From Macrostomum lignano (lineage: Eukaryota), in contig NIVC01001092.1 in assembly GCA_002269645.1 (NCBI GenBank), forward strand, positions 124,001 through 188,000: a stretch of DNA of 64,000 nt, given 5' to 3'. The notes below the pieces were generated by a model. The model ran no database searches and was not told where the DNA came from. It was given only the letters and a program-made list of their open reading frames with translations. The position numbers were made by a program, and so were the translations under genes. Of the stretch, positions 1-16,420 are shown piece by piece; within the stretch, counting starts at the first letter, position 1; each line of letters starts with the position of its first letter.

Positions 1-1
1 C

Positions 2-2127
2 ACGGCGTACTATCGGCGATTCGTTCAGGACTATTCGAAGATTGCCGAACCGCTACGACGCCTGACTCTTCCGGCGGAGAAATTCCAGTGGACACCAGCG
101 GCTGAGGCAGCATTTGTCCAACTGAAGGCGGCGCTAGCGTCAGCACCAGTCCTTGCCTTCCCGGACACCAGCCCAGACAGCTCGGAGTTCGTTTTGGATA
201 CTGACGCCAGCGACTGTGCCATTGGCGCGGTGCTCTCTCAAGTCCAGGCCGGCGAGGAACGGGTCATCGCGTACTCCAGTCGGGCGCTGTCAAGGGCTGA
301 ACGCAACTATTGCGTGACGAGGCGAGAACTGCTGTCGGTCGTCGACCATGTCAGAAAGTTTCGAACGTACCTGCTGCCTCGGACATTCACCGTCCGCGTC
401 GATCATCAGTCTCTGACACATCTGCTGACGTTCAATGAGCCCGAGGGTCAACTGGCACGGTGGCTGCAGACTCTAGACGAGTACGCCCAGGCCGTCAGCA
501 CAACAACGCCGACGCTCTATCACGGGTCCAGCAACGATGTACCAACCAATGTCGAATCTGTCGGCCGGAGCCAGTAAACATCAGAAAGACAACTTCCTCG
601 GTGGCTTGCCAAACGGACACCGAGGCGCCAGCAGCGCCTGCTAACGACATCGTCCAGGTCAGCACCATGCAGGCGAGGCGCAAGCAAATTCTACAGCCGC
701 TTACCAGTGAGAGTGAAGACAGCAGCGATGACGACGCGACTGAGGCACCAGCAGCAGAAAGCGGACCACCGTCTCTACGCAGAATACAGCTTCAGGATCC
801 AGTCATCAGCCCAGTGTTCCGGCTGCTCGCCGACGGCAAGACCATATTCACCGATCGGCAGCGCGACAAAGTGCCGTCGGAGACCCTGGTGCTGGCACAA
901 AAGGTACACGATCTGTGCTTCGTCAACGGCGCCATGCACCGCCTGGTCAACGCGAAGCCGGTGCCGGTCATCCCTCTCTGTCAACAGCGCGACGTCATCT
1001 ACGAGGTCCACAACATCGGCCACCTGGGCGAGGACAAGACGCTGGCCAGCCTCAAGGCGCGGTTCTACTGGCCGAAGATGGCCGAAAGCGTCCGGCTGGC
1101 TGTTCGTTCATGTGGAGTCTGCCAGCGAGCCAAGACGCCGCTCATCAAACGTGCGCCGTTACAAAGTATCACAGCGGGTTTCCCCATGCAGCGCGTCGGG
1201 TTCGACGTCGTCAAGGTCGGCGTCTCCAAGAATGGCAACGATCGTCTACTAACGATCATCGACTACTTCAGCAAATGGGTGGAGCTGGTGCCAATGCCGG
1301 ACGAGAAGGCAGCAACTATTGCCAAGGCGTTGTTCAGCCACTGGATCGCGCGCTGGAGAGCTCCACATGTCTTCCATTCGGACCGAGGCAGAAGCGTCGA
1401 CGGCCGCATTGTCCGAGGTCTCTGCAGCCTGCTGGAGATCGACAAGACCCGAACATCAGGCTACCATCCGCAGTGCGACGGCCTGGTGGAACAATTTTAT
1501 CGGACGCTTCATCAAATGCTGCGCTGTCACCTCCAGACCGTCAATCCGCCGGACTGGGAGGACGCCCTGCCGCACTGTCTCCTGGCCTACAGAAGCAGCA
1601 TCAGCGCGACAACAGGGTTCTCCCCGCACTTCCTGTTGACTGGCCGAGAGGTGGTGCTGCCGTTGGACGTCGTCTACCGGCCGCCAGAGCCCCCAGCGAT
1701 CGTCGGCCAGTACGCGGTGGAGACCGTCCAGCGGCTGCAGGACGCCTTCGAAACAGTGCGGAGGACAACTGGTGCAGCTCAGAGGCGTCAGCGGCGGTAC
1801 TACGACCGGAAGGCAAGGAAGCGGAAGTTTCGTGCTGGCGACCTCGTTTGGCTGTTCGTGCCTCCCGCTGTGCTCTCCAGAACCAACGGTCTGCCGGTGA
1901 AACATCAGTCGCCGTGGACTGGCCCATTCAACGTCCTTCGCAGAACGTCGCCGGTCAACTACCTGATTCGGCCCGTCGATTACCGAGACGGCGAGATCAA
2001 CGGCCGGGTGGTTCACGTCAACAAACTCAAGCGCGCCTGCCCACCAACACCACCGTCTGGTGATGAAGATGGTGACCAGGGCGCTGATGCCGACGACAGC
2101 GACAACGATCGGCCGAGTGAGGACTGA
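2..2127 (+). pseudogene. Gypsy pol (RNase H + integrase) disrupted by a small frameshifting deletion near nt 484
   Basis: ...RWLQTLDEY is in frame 2, but the expected continuation RPGRQHNNADALSR is in frame 1. The usual ~6-residue spacer (DFxIxH-like) is missing. Confidence 0.8.
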
Positions 2128-2373
2128 TTAGAGACCTGGACTGGACTGTTTTTGTCTAGGGCAAAATCGTGCTTTGATTCAGTTTGCGCAAGCAGTTAGT
2201 CTTTTTCTATTTTCGAAAAGATCCCTTTTGTTCAGCCTCATTTGTTTCGCTGCCACTTGTTCTTCTTTGAGAAGGTGTGCCTGCAGCTGTGAAATTTTCG
2301 TTTTGCTTCGAATCCTTTTTCCAAAAAATCTTTTTCAGTTTAATGAGGGCATTAAACTTTCAAAGGAGGGAGC

Positions 2374-2640
2374 TGTTGTAACAAGTTGTCCTTTCCCTGT
2401 ACCGTACGCACTGTGCACCCTGCTGACTTAATTTGTTGCGCAGTCGCATTCTTTTCTCCGACTCGCTTAGTTTCCATATATTTGAATGTATTCTGGAATT
2501 GATTTTATTCCCGCGCGTGAATTACACTTTTAAGCCTCGCACGCTGTCTGCAAAACATCGCCAATGGTTATAAATACAGTAATGGTTTGAGCAGGAATCT
2601 TTAAGACTTTCTCCCCTCGGCTAAGTGAGCACAGCCAACA
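2374..2640 (+). repeat. Putative 3' LTR (~267 bp) of the Gypsy element
   Basis: Starts TGTTG directly after PPT AAAGGAGGGAGC (2362-2373), ends CAACA (5-bp inverted termini), contains TATAAATA near 2570. 5' LTR not in window for confirmation. Confidence 0.65.
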
Positions 2641-2926
2641 AGAATTGCCTGCACGAGTTCGTCACTCGTATTTCAAACGGCGACTTGGGTATTTACATAA
2701 TTCTTAATTTTTAACAGTTTATGTTAAGTTTAAAAATGAATATAATAATGGATTCAATATATGAACTCATGAGTTTCAATGGGATTATAGTCATTTTGGT
2801 GACAAGCAAAAGTCCCTTCAGTGACAATCAAATACCTTTGGTGATAGCTTTTTGTTTTTGACAGAAAATTAACTTGAAGATCTTATATGTTTTCCAGGGT
2901 ACCAGTTGTTTTGGTGACAAGACATT

Positions 2927-3221
2927 GGCAATGGCTAGAGTTCCGACACTGGAACCCATTTTCTAATGGCTACGGATCCGGCAATGCCATTATAATATAG
3001 ATGGAACATTATATTTTTCTTTCTACAGGTGGCTGATATTGAGATTTTGTTCTAGATTAAAATTTAAGACAATATGATAAGATTCAGGACAAGATGCTTC
3101 TAATATTCAGACTTCTTAATCTTAAGATTGTTCTTAGCAGTCTTTATATGCTTCTATACAGCACTGCCAGATCCCTAGCTGTTAGAAAACGGGTTCCGGT
3201 GCCGGAACTCTAGCCATTGCC
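2927..3221. mobile_element. MITE with ~40-bp terminal inverted repeats and near-perfect 8-bp TSD
   Basis: GGCAATGGCTAGAGTTCCGACACTGGAACCCATTTTCTAA at left versus its reverse complement at 3182-3221 (3 mismatches). Flanks AAGACATT / AAAACATT. Confidence 0.8.
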
Positions 3222-3430
3222 AAAACATTTTGGTGACAGACGTTTTGGTGACAAGTTGCTATTGTGATAGACAGACTTCATTTTTAATGAAAAATCAAAG
3301 ATTTCATGAGTATTTTCATTTTAGTAATAAGAGGCATTTCATAATATTCGGTTTTAGTTATTTTGTTAAGTTTTATATTTTGTGACATAATATATTTGAA
3401 TATTTTATTCAAAGAATATATTTAAAAAGG

Positions 3431-3979
3431 AAATCAAACTAATTATATTGTTTTCTTCCTGTGCAGATCATTTTGAATGGTCCCAGAGTATTCAGACACA
3501 TAAACCATAAACCTATAGAGAATCCTCATGGAATGCAGACCACAAGAAATGTGGAGATATTCACTCGTCAACGCTTTTGCATGTTTATATTAGAAAACAT
3601 AATTCAAAAGACCACAACTCTGTAATTATAAATAAACAAAATTAAATACAGAAATACCCAACTGTTTAAAAATTATAAAATTTTAGGCTCAATATCCTTT
3701 AAGATTTTCTAAGTAATTTTCTGTTTAAAAAGAGAATGGCTATAACTAAAATTGTATTTTTCTTGTCATCAAAATGACTTTTGCTTGTCACCAAAAGGAC
3801 TGTCACTGAAACATCTTGTTACCAAAATGACTTTAATCCATTTTCCAAATCCAATCTGCTTTTCTCGTGGTTGGCATGTCATTAGGATTCTCTATAGGTT
3901 TGTGGTTTATGTGTCTAAATATTTTGGGACAATTCAAAACAATTTGCACAACAACAAAACCATATAATTAGTTTGATTT
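3431..3979. mobile_element. Foldback/MITE-like element with ~120-bp imperfect inverted arms
   Basis: 3431-3549 is the imperfect reverse complement of 3861-3979 (e.g. GACACATAAACCATAAACCTATAGAGAATCCT vs AGGATTCTCTATAGGTTTGTGGTTTATGTGTC). Internal TGTCACCAAAA motifs also match 2775-2860 in inverted orientation. Confidence 0.7.
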
Positions 3980-4001
3980 TTTTTCTTTTTTTTCTTTTTT
4001 T

Positions 4002-4365
4002 GGGGGGGAGGCTGTAGCCCAGCGGTAGCGCAGCTGCTCTGGTGTGCCAGCAACCCAGGCTCGATTCCAAGTGCAGTCACATTAATTTGGGGCTGAATTG
4101 GAATCTCGGCTTGGCTCTGCTCGTGTAATTAACAGTCTTGAGAGCCAACCCCCTAAGGCACAGTGAAGTGTACATGCCTAACAATAATATAAAGTTAGGG
4201 CCGCTATACACTCCTGTGTGAGTGTGTGCCTGCGTACGTATCCGCACACTTGTATGCCTGCTCAGGGGAGTCGGCGGAATGGTTAGTAATGCCTCTTGCC
4301 GGTTGTGTGCCTATGTCGCCTAAAGTGCGCCAGGGTGCACACAACCCCCCTGCCTCTAATAAAAA
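4002..4365 (+). mobile_element. tRNA-derived SINE family 1, copy A
   Basis: A-box-like TAGCCCAGCGG and B-box-like GGCTCGATTCC at 5' end, A-rich tail, highly similar to 49201-49558 over full length. Confidence 0.85.
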
Positions 4366-6483
4366 TTGATTTCTTTTTGTACATAGGTAATTAATTGTAA
4401 TTTTTCAATTTAAATAAAACATAAATCTTAACATAAAAGCTAAAAGCTGATATTCTGAAGCACCTACTGTCACTATAAGTTTAAAAAAATTCAAAAGGTG
4501 CTGCACTAATAAACAAGAAAATTTAAAAAAAATCACTTATGCTTTTCAAACAATTATATTCCAGCATTTTTAAAAACAAAGAAAAGAAAAAGTGGGCTTT
4601 GTTAAAAGTATATACTTTCTTAGAATCAGAATGACTTTAGAAAGAGTCGCAAGTATACAAACCTTAGAGATTTAGTTATAGGGATTTTCAATGGTAGGGT
4701 ACTTTATTTGTATAGAAAGAAATACAATAGCTTCCATTTTTTACACTTCTTGTTCTACACTAAGATATCTTGGTGTACCATAAACTGGATCATGTCTAAT
4801 AGGTGCATGTCTAAACAAAAAATTACAAATGCATGCTCAAAAAGTGAGTGCATGCCCATTCTCAAAACTACACTGGTGTTGCAACAATAAATGAATTTTT
4901 TAACATTGTATAATGGGCCTTTTTGGCAGATAATTTGGTTGATTTTTCTGCAATAATATTTATTGTAAAAAACAATACACTCAAAGATTTGTTTAAATGG
5001 TTTATTACAAGCTTAAAAAACCTGGAAAGCTTAAAATTTATGCTTAAAAATTAAATTTTTTCCACTTCATAATAACTTTTTTGCATGATTCTATAAAGTA
5101 CACACTAGGTATGCACACTATTTTCTTTGGAGTGATGCATGCCAACTGTGCATGCCTACTTTTGGCATGCAAGGCCAATGCACGTCCAAATTTTGGGCAT
5201 ATTCTACATGATCTGGAGTGTGGCCAGCATACATGTTGCCTTCCAACCTATAGTTTAACTGGGTTGCAACCTTTGTATGGAAAATTTGGAACAGAGATTT
5301 GCATACAATTTTTGCACAAGTTTTTGATGCTTGAATTTATGAGAATTTTTTTATAATTTTGATTTAAGTTTTGAAACATATAAGAAATATTTTTGTAAAT
5401 ATAAATATTTAAATTCTGTCTACATGTGATAATTTATAATTTGTTATTTACAAACCAAGTTAGAATTCCATTTTTACCTAAAAAAACTACCTAGAAAATA
5501 GCATCTTCTTTCTGACTATGATTCTATTTAAAGAGTAGCTAGGCTTATCTTTATTAGTGAAATTCTATCTTTGTTTACAATATTTATAATATCTAAAGGC
5601 ATTTTAAATTGATATTAGGTTTGGAAATTTAATTAACAGAGTATAATACAATTTTATAAATAAGTTTAATTGCCTTTTCTGCTTTTAGATTAATGAAACA
5701 AAACTTTAAGGCTATATTTAGCATAAGGCATTTGGTATAGCATAAAACTTAATATGTAGCACTTTGCATAGTATGGTACAATGCTTATTACAACTATTGT
5801 TTTTGTTTTGATTAGGCCTTACAACAAATAAAACTTAGCATATGTCTTTTTGTCATTCTTAAAAATTCTACTAGTTAGATTTTTTCCTAAGTCTATCTAT
5901 CAATATTTCCTAGTATGTCTATGACCATTTGTTATGACTTTCATAACTTGGTTATTAGACCTTTAATGTGTTTCTATATATTTTCAAAATTTATGTTGAT
6001 AGAGATAATTAATCAAAGTCAAATCTAATGAATGAAATAGTTTATTTAAGTTTAATAATTCTTATTTGATTACATTGCTAAGCTAAAGTATTGATTCATT
6101 AGCATTTTTACCTCTTATCCATTAAAAAGTTTGTAAATCTCAATCTTCTATTTTGTTAATCATGATTCTACTTAAATTTTAGTATATGTTCTTTCATGGT
6201 TACTTAGATCATTTTATTTAAGTAAATTCTATAAATAATATGTAGCTGTTATATAAGCAATGCCATCCTCAGCTATTATAGCTGTTATATATCAGCTATT
6301 ATAGGCTAAGAGAAATCACAAGTAATAGCTATTTTACATAATAGCAATGTTAATTTGTGTTTAAAGAGGTTAGGTGAATCTTATAGTTGCTCTGAAAATA
6401 TGCTTGTATTCACAATCAGATGTGCTTTTTCTATTCTTAAAGTATAAAACTAAAAGGAATTCCTTATTTATTCCTTATTTTAG

Positions 6484-10514
<4,031 letters not shown>

Positions 10515-10949
10515 GTTGTGTCTTTTTTGGTTAACTCAACTGACTTTGAGCAATATATGGATAATTTCTCGGACCTTTTCTGATGTTTTTTTATCATATC
10601 CGGTTTCCTAACTGAAGCTCCTCTGATCCCTGTTCAGTCTCTGTGATCAACAGGCTTGACCCTTGACCTTGTTTTAGTCTTGTTTTGTTTCGTGTTTCTT
10701 TCTCTGTCCAATAATTTTCACTATCTTGCTTGTCTATTGTAACAAACACAGGTAACATTCCAGCCGTATAGTTGTGCTTGACTAATAAATTTTCTTGATC
10801 TAACTCTTTTTCTATCTGAAATAATAGACAGGGTTTTAGTGTCCAACAGATGCCTTAGCAAGGCCTTGGCAATCAAAGTGTTGGCAAGTCACTTTTACGC
10901 CTGTTTAGGGCTTATAAACCCTTTGTAATTTTGCAGGCCTTTAAACTCT

Positions 10950-11243
10950 TTTGTACTTTAGCGGGCCATTAAACCCCAACTTTGTACTTTAGCGGGCCAT
11001 TAAACCCCAACTTTGTACTTTAGCGGGCTATTAAACCCCAACTTTGTACTTTAGCGGGCCATTAAACCCCAACTTTGTACTTTAGCGGGCCATTAAACCC
11101 CAATTTTGTACTTTAGCAGGTCATTAAACCCAACTTTGTACTTTAGCGGGCTATTAAACCCCACTTTGTACTTTAGCGCTCCATTAAGCCCATCTTTGTA
11201 TTTTTGTGGGTCAGTATACTCGACTGGTTTGTACTTTAGCGGG
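10950..11243. repeat. 31-bp tandem repeat (TTTGTACTTTAGCGGGCCATTAAACCCCAAC)n between Rab6 terminal exons A and B
   Basis: About 8-9 direct copies. Confidence 0.9.
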
Positions 11244-11643
11244 CCAGCATGAGAGAATAAGAGAATTTCACATTAAAATAGCTTAAAAATCATTCCTTGT
11301 TTGCCAATTTCCCTTCCTAATCGCTCTGCTAAAAGCCTTAATACGCTTTGACACCTCTGTTTTGTATGCGATATTCTTTTATACTATTTGTACTATATAA
11401 TAACATATAATAACCATATTCTATTCGCATATAAATTCCCGTTGTGCCTTTATCAATATTAACGGCAATTAGCTCTACTTATTACTGGTCAGTAGGAGTA
11501 GTTTAAAATAACTTTGGTACTTTTTAATAGGTATGCAACATTAAATGTTTTCAAGTTTAATTATTGCACCCCGGATCTACTTTATCGATTTTATATCGGA
11601 CTCCTTCACTCTCAATTCTGCCAATTGATTTCTGAAACGCCAG

Positions 11644-11711
11644 ACATCGAACTTCGGCCAGTCGATCCGGACGACTCTAGCGAGCAGGCCAAAGGTTACT
11701 GCAACTGTTGA
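11644..11711 (+). CDS. RAB6: Alternative terminal exon B of Rab6 (YIELRPVDPDDSSEQAKGYCNC*)
   Basis: CCAG acceptor at 11640-11643, phase 1 matches donor at 8431, same 68-nt coding length as exon A, ends in CxC, U12-like branch CTCCTTCAC at 11601-11609, ATTAAA at 11791. Confidence 0.75.
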
Positions 11712-11865
11712 ATTATTTTTTTGTTGCTAGCTGGCAACTGTGTTCCAGTTAATGACGGTTGGCTTGAAAAAAGATTAATTTGTTTATTATATTAAATTTT
11801 GTATTAGCTAATTCTCTTTTGTTTATGGTTGTTAGCTAGCATCTCTGCCATTGCGTGGGTAGATT

Positions 11866-12190
11866 GTTTGATAGATACAAATATAGATGGTTGATAGATA
11901 CAAATATAGATGGTTGATAGATACAAATATAGATGGTTGATAGATACAAATATAGATGGTTGATAGATACAATTATAGATGGGATGGATACAAATATAGA
12001 TGGTTGATAGATACAAATATAGATGGTTGATAGATACAAATATAGATGGTTGATAGATACAAATATAGATGGTTGATAGATACAAATATAGATGGTTGAT
12101 AGATACAAATATAGATGGTTGATAGATACAAATATAGATGGTTGATAGATACAAATATAGATGGTTGATAGATACAAATATAGATGGTTT
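11866..12190. repeat. 23-bp minisatellite (TAGATACAAATATAGATGGTTGA)n
   Basis: About 14 direct copies. Confidence 0.95.
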
Positions 12191-12847
12191 GATTGATTGA
12201 TCGATAAAAATATGGATGGGTTGATACATGGATGATTATGCAAACAGACCGCAATTACAAGCTTAGAAAATATTACTATTGATGTATTTCATACAACCTG
12301 TCAATATGTGTCTGTGTTTAAGTAATTTTCGTCTCTACAAAGCCTCAGTGATATTTTTTCTGCTTTTTTATTCCTTCATATTTCAATAGAATCACCTATC
12401 GCTTGCTGTCAATATAGAACAGGCCCGCCATATATATACCACTATTGTCCATGAAGCATTGAAATAAAATTATCTATATAGTCAGGAAATCGTTTGTTCT
12501 TTGATCATTACTAAACTGTTCGTATTATCATTTTTTCTTTAAATTTTTACTTCTGTTAGACTTCGCTGTAAACTAAGGGTTACAGTGGAGATGTTCCCTA
12601 TCCCATATAGACAATCCGGTCCTCAATCTATGATAGTCCTTCTCATCCTACGGCTATGATGGTCCTTCTCATCCTATGATGGTCCTTCTCATCCTATGGT
12701 GGTCATTCTTATCTTATCTTAGTCTCTCATCTTGTGATGGTCCTTACTATTTTGTGATGGTCCTTCTCATCGTCCAGTTAAAGTCCTGATCCTGATGCAC
12801 AGGCTGCTCTTAGCCCTTCGCACCACCTGCTAATAATTCTAGCAGCC

Positions 12848-15683
12848 ATGGACAGCAGCGGATCGGCCATGGAAGCCAGCTTCATCAAATCCCAGGTGTG
12901 CGGCTGGCCCGAGCCGCGCCAGCTCGAACTGATCGTGGGCGAGCTGACCGGCACAGACCAGCCGGGCGAGCTCTGCCTGGCCCGGCTGTCCGGCCTGGCC
13001 GGTCCAGTCGGCGGCCTGCTGCGGATTCAATTGGACAGCGGCGAATGCGATGAAATCGGCGATGATGTTGGCGAGGCCGACTTGGCCGATCGGTTGCGCC
13101 GGTTCTGCCGCTCCCGACGCGACCTTCGCCTGCTGCCGATCCTGTGCTGGCGGGACCGGCTGCCGGCTTTGGAGAGGGCGCTGGCCCGCCTGCTGGGCGG
13201 CCGGTCCGGCCCGTGGACTCCGACTGAGGTGAGCAAGCGGCATCAGCTCCGGCGCATCCTGCCAATTGAACCGGTGGCCACTGAGCTGTGCATCCGGTTC
13301 TGCAAGCAGCCTAAGCAGTCGGCCGCCTCAGTGGCTATGACCAACCGCCTGCTAGCTGATTTAAAGCACTGCATTGGCCAGGATCCGAATTTCTCTCATT
13401 TGGCTCTGACTGGCCGGCTGAAGAACTGTAAATTGCATCAAGGCGACTGCGCCTATTATAGATGTCAGGTAAGATAAATACCTGTCACTGCACTCATTGA
13501 TTGATTGCTCCCCGACTCTACAAATGCTGAGTTGCCCTCCCATGGTTACTGAGAATAACTTCTGATAGTACCCTAATCCCTACTGAGAATCGCCCCCTAA
13601 TCCCTACTGAGGATCGCCCCCTAATCCCTACTGAGAATCGCCCCTAATCCCTACTTAGAATCGCCCCCTTATTCCTGACAATTTGAGAATCGTCCCTAAT
13701 CCCTACTGAGAATCGCCCCTAATCCCTACTGAGAATCGCCCCTAATCCCTACTGAGAATCGCCCCTAATCCCTACTAAGAATCGCCCCCTAATCCCTACT
13801 GAGAATCGTCCCCTAATCCCTACTGAGAATCGCCCCTAATCCCTACTGAGAATCGTCCCCTAATCCCTACTGAGAATCGCCCCTAATCCCTACTGAGAAT
13901 CGCCCCTAATCCCTACTTAGAATCGCCGCCTTATTCCTGACAATTTAAGAATCGTACCCTAATCCCTACTGAGAATCGCCCCTAATCCATACTGAGAATC
14001 GCCCCCTAATCCCTACTGAGAATCGCCCCCTAATCCCTACTGAGAATCGCCCCTAATCCCTACTGAGAATGGCCCCCTAATCCCTACTGAGAATCGTCTC
14101 CTAATCCCTACTGAGAATCGCCCCCTAATTCCTACTGAGAATCGCCCCTAATCCCTACTGAGAATGGCCCCCTAATCCCTACTGAGAATCGCCCCCTAAT
14201 TCCTACTGAGAATCGCCCCTAATCCCTACTGAGAATGGCCCCCTAATCCCTACTGAGAATGGCCCCCTAATACCTACTGAGAATCGTCTCCTAATCCCTA
14301 CTGAGAATCGTCTCCTAATCCCTACTGAGAATCGTCCCCTAATCCCTACTGAGAATCGCCCCCCCTAATCCCTACTGAGAATCGCCCCCTAATTCTTACT
14401 GAGAATCGCCCCTAATCCCTACTGAGAATCGCCCCTAATCCCTACTGAGAATCGCCCCTAATCCCTACTGAGAATCGCCCCTAATCCCTACTGAGAATCG
14501 CCCCTAATCCCTACTAAGAATCGCCCCCTAATCCTTACTGAGAATCGTCCCCTAATCCCTACTGAGAATCGCCCCTAATCCCTACTGAGAATCGTCCCCT
14601 AATCCCTACTGAGAATCGCCCCTAATCCCTACTGAGAATCGTCCCCTAATCCCTACTGAGAATCGTCTCCTAATCCCTACTGAGAATCGTCCCCTAATCC
14701 CTACTGAGAATCGTCCCCTAATCCCTACTGAGAATCGTCTCCTAATCCCTACTGAGAATCGCCCCCTAATCCTTACTGAGAATCGTCCCCTAATCCCTAC
14801 TGAGAATCGCCCCTAATCCCTACTGAGAATCGTCCCCTAATCCCTACTGAGAATCGCCCCTAATCCCTACTGAGAATCGCCCCTAATCCCTACTGAGAAT
14901 CGCCCAATAATACCTACAGAGAATCGCCCCTAATCCCTACTGAGAATCGCCCAATAATACCTACAGAGAATCGCCCCTAATCCCTACTGAGAATCGCCCA
15001 ATAATACCTACAGAGAATCGCCCCTAATCCCTACTGAGAATCGCCCCTAATCCCTACTGAGAATCGCCCAATAATACCTACAGAGAATCGCCCCTAATCC
15101 CTACTGAGAATCGCCCAATAATACCTACAGAGAATCGCCCCTAATCCCTACTGAGAATCGCCCAATAATACCTACAGAGAATCGCCCCTAATCCCTACTG
15201 AGAATCGCCCAATAATACCTACAGAGAATCGCCCCTAATCCCTACTGAGAATCGCCCAATAATACCTACAGAGAATCGCCCCTAATCCCTACTGAGAATC
15301 GCCCAATAATACCTACAGAGAATCGCGCCTCCTCTCACTGTTATCGTACTGGCCATTCGTGCTACTACCAGTAGTGAATGCATTTATTCCTTTACACAAT
15401 CCTCTCGCAGCTGATGGCCAGCGCCATATTTGATGCATTCCGTGATGTCGTCCCGCCGCCGCCGCCGCCCAACTGCGCCACCGCTGCCGCCGTAGCAGCG
15501 GACTCCAACAGTAGAGCGGTCGCGAGTTCGAATCCTGTCGTTTCTAACAGCGAGAACGACAGCTCGGAGACCGAAGCTGAATCAGTTTGCACGCCGTTCC
15601 CCGTCCGGAGGAGATGCCAGCTCCAGACCTGCTTCTCATGGCCGGTTTCTGTCCCGACGCCGACTCTGACGGCCCGCCGCTGA
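12848..15683 (+). CDS. Uncharacterised protein, 2 exons (12848-13468, 15411-15683; possibly extending to 15847 if a C is missing at 15599-15602)
   Basis: GC-rich 207-codon ORF ending at CAG|GTAAG, phase-0 acceptor CTCGCAG| at 15410 continuing LMASAIFDAFRDVVPPPPPP. No family recognised. Confidence 0.65.
13572..15326. repeat. 23-25-bp minisatellite (CCCTAATCCCTACTGAGAATCGC)n filling the intron of the unknown gene
   Basis: Direct tandem array with variant units. Confidence 0.95.
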
Positions 15684-15907
15684 TGCCGCCGCCGGCGCTT
15701 CAGCAGCAGCCAAAGTCTCGCGTTCCGCCAATCGTAGACGTCAGTTCTCTCGGGTCTGCACTCGTCGCCTGTCGGGATATTCGACTGGGCGATCCGAATT
15801 TTGTTAATGACGACAGACCTGACAGGCCCTATGTGCATAATGACTGATAGATGTTGGCTCGCGTTCAGTGCCTGACCAGATAGCCCATTGGATTCGGAGT
15901 TAATTTA

Positions 15908-16420
15908 AGAATCGCCCCTTCTGCCCCCTCTAGAATTCCCCCTTCTGCCCCCTATAGAATTCCCCCTTCTGCCCCCTCTAGAATTCCCCCTTCTGCCCCC
16001 TCTAGAATTCCCCCTTCTGCCCCCTCTAGAATTGCCCCTTCTGCCCCCTCTAGAATTCCCCCTTCTGCCCCCTCTAGAATTCCCCCTTCTGCCCCCTCTA
16101 GAATTCCCCCTTCTGCTACCTCTAGAATTCCCCCTTCTGCTACCTCTAGAATTCCCCCTTCTGCTACCTCTAGAATTCCCCCTTCTGCTACCTCTAGAAT
16201 TCCCCATTCTGCCCCTCTAGAATCGCCAATTCTGCCCCCTCTAGAATTGCCCCTTCTGCCCCCTCTAGAATTGCCCCTTCTGCCCCCTCTAGAATCGCCC
16301 CTTCTGCCCCTCTAGAGAATCGCCCCTTATACCCCCCTAGAATCGCCCCTTCTATCCCCCTCTAGAATCGCCCCTTCTGTCCCCTCTAGAATCGCCCCTG
16401 CCCTATAGGATCCCCACTAT
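15908..16420. repeat. 24-bp minisatellite (TAGAATTCCCCCTTCTGCCCCCTC)n
   Basis: Direct tandem array sharing AGAATCGCCCCT with the 13572 array. Confidence 0.95.

Larger units (their letters stand above)
1..2640 (+). mobile_element. Ty3/Gypsy LTR retrotransposon, 3' portion (RT connection/RNase H, integrase, PPT, 3' LTR); 5' part outside window
   Basis: Frame 2 from nt 2 reads TAYYRRFVQDYSKIAEPL...FVLDTDASD...YCVTRRELL...DHQSL (RT-RNase H). ORF 460-2127 has HHCC zinc finger (HNIGH...CGVC), DDE core (GFDVV, HSDRG, GLVEQ) and GPY/F-like motif (WTGPF). Purine tract at 2362-2373 is followed by TGTTG. Confidence 0.95.

Noticed and set aside
460-500. Programmed ribosomal frameshift in Gypsy pol
   Set aside because: No slippery heptamer, and conserved residues are missing, so a deletion is the simpler explanation.
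6460-6483. Second U12 intron at the Rab6 intron-1 acceptor (TTCCTTAT twice)
   Set aside because: Lacks the AAC of the branch consensus, reads as a pyrimidine tract, and the donor is outside the window.
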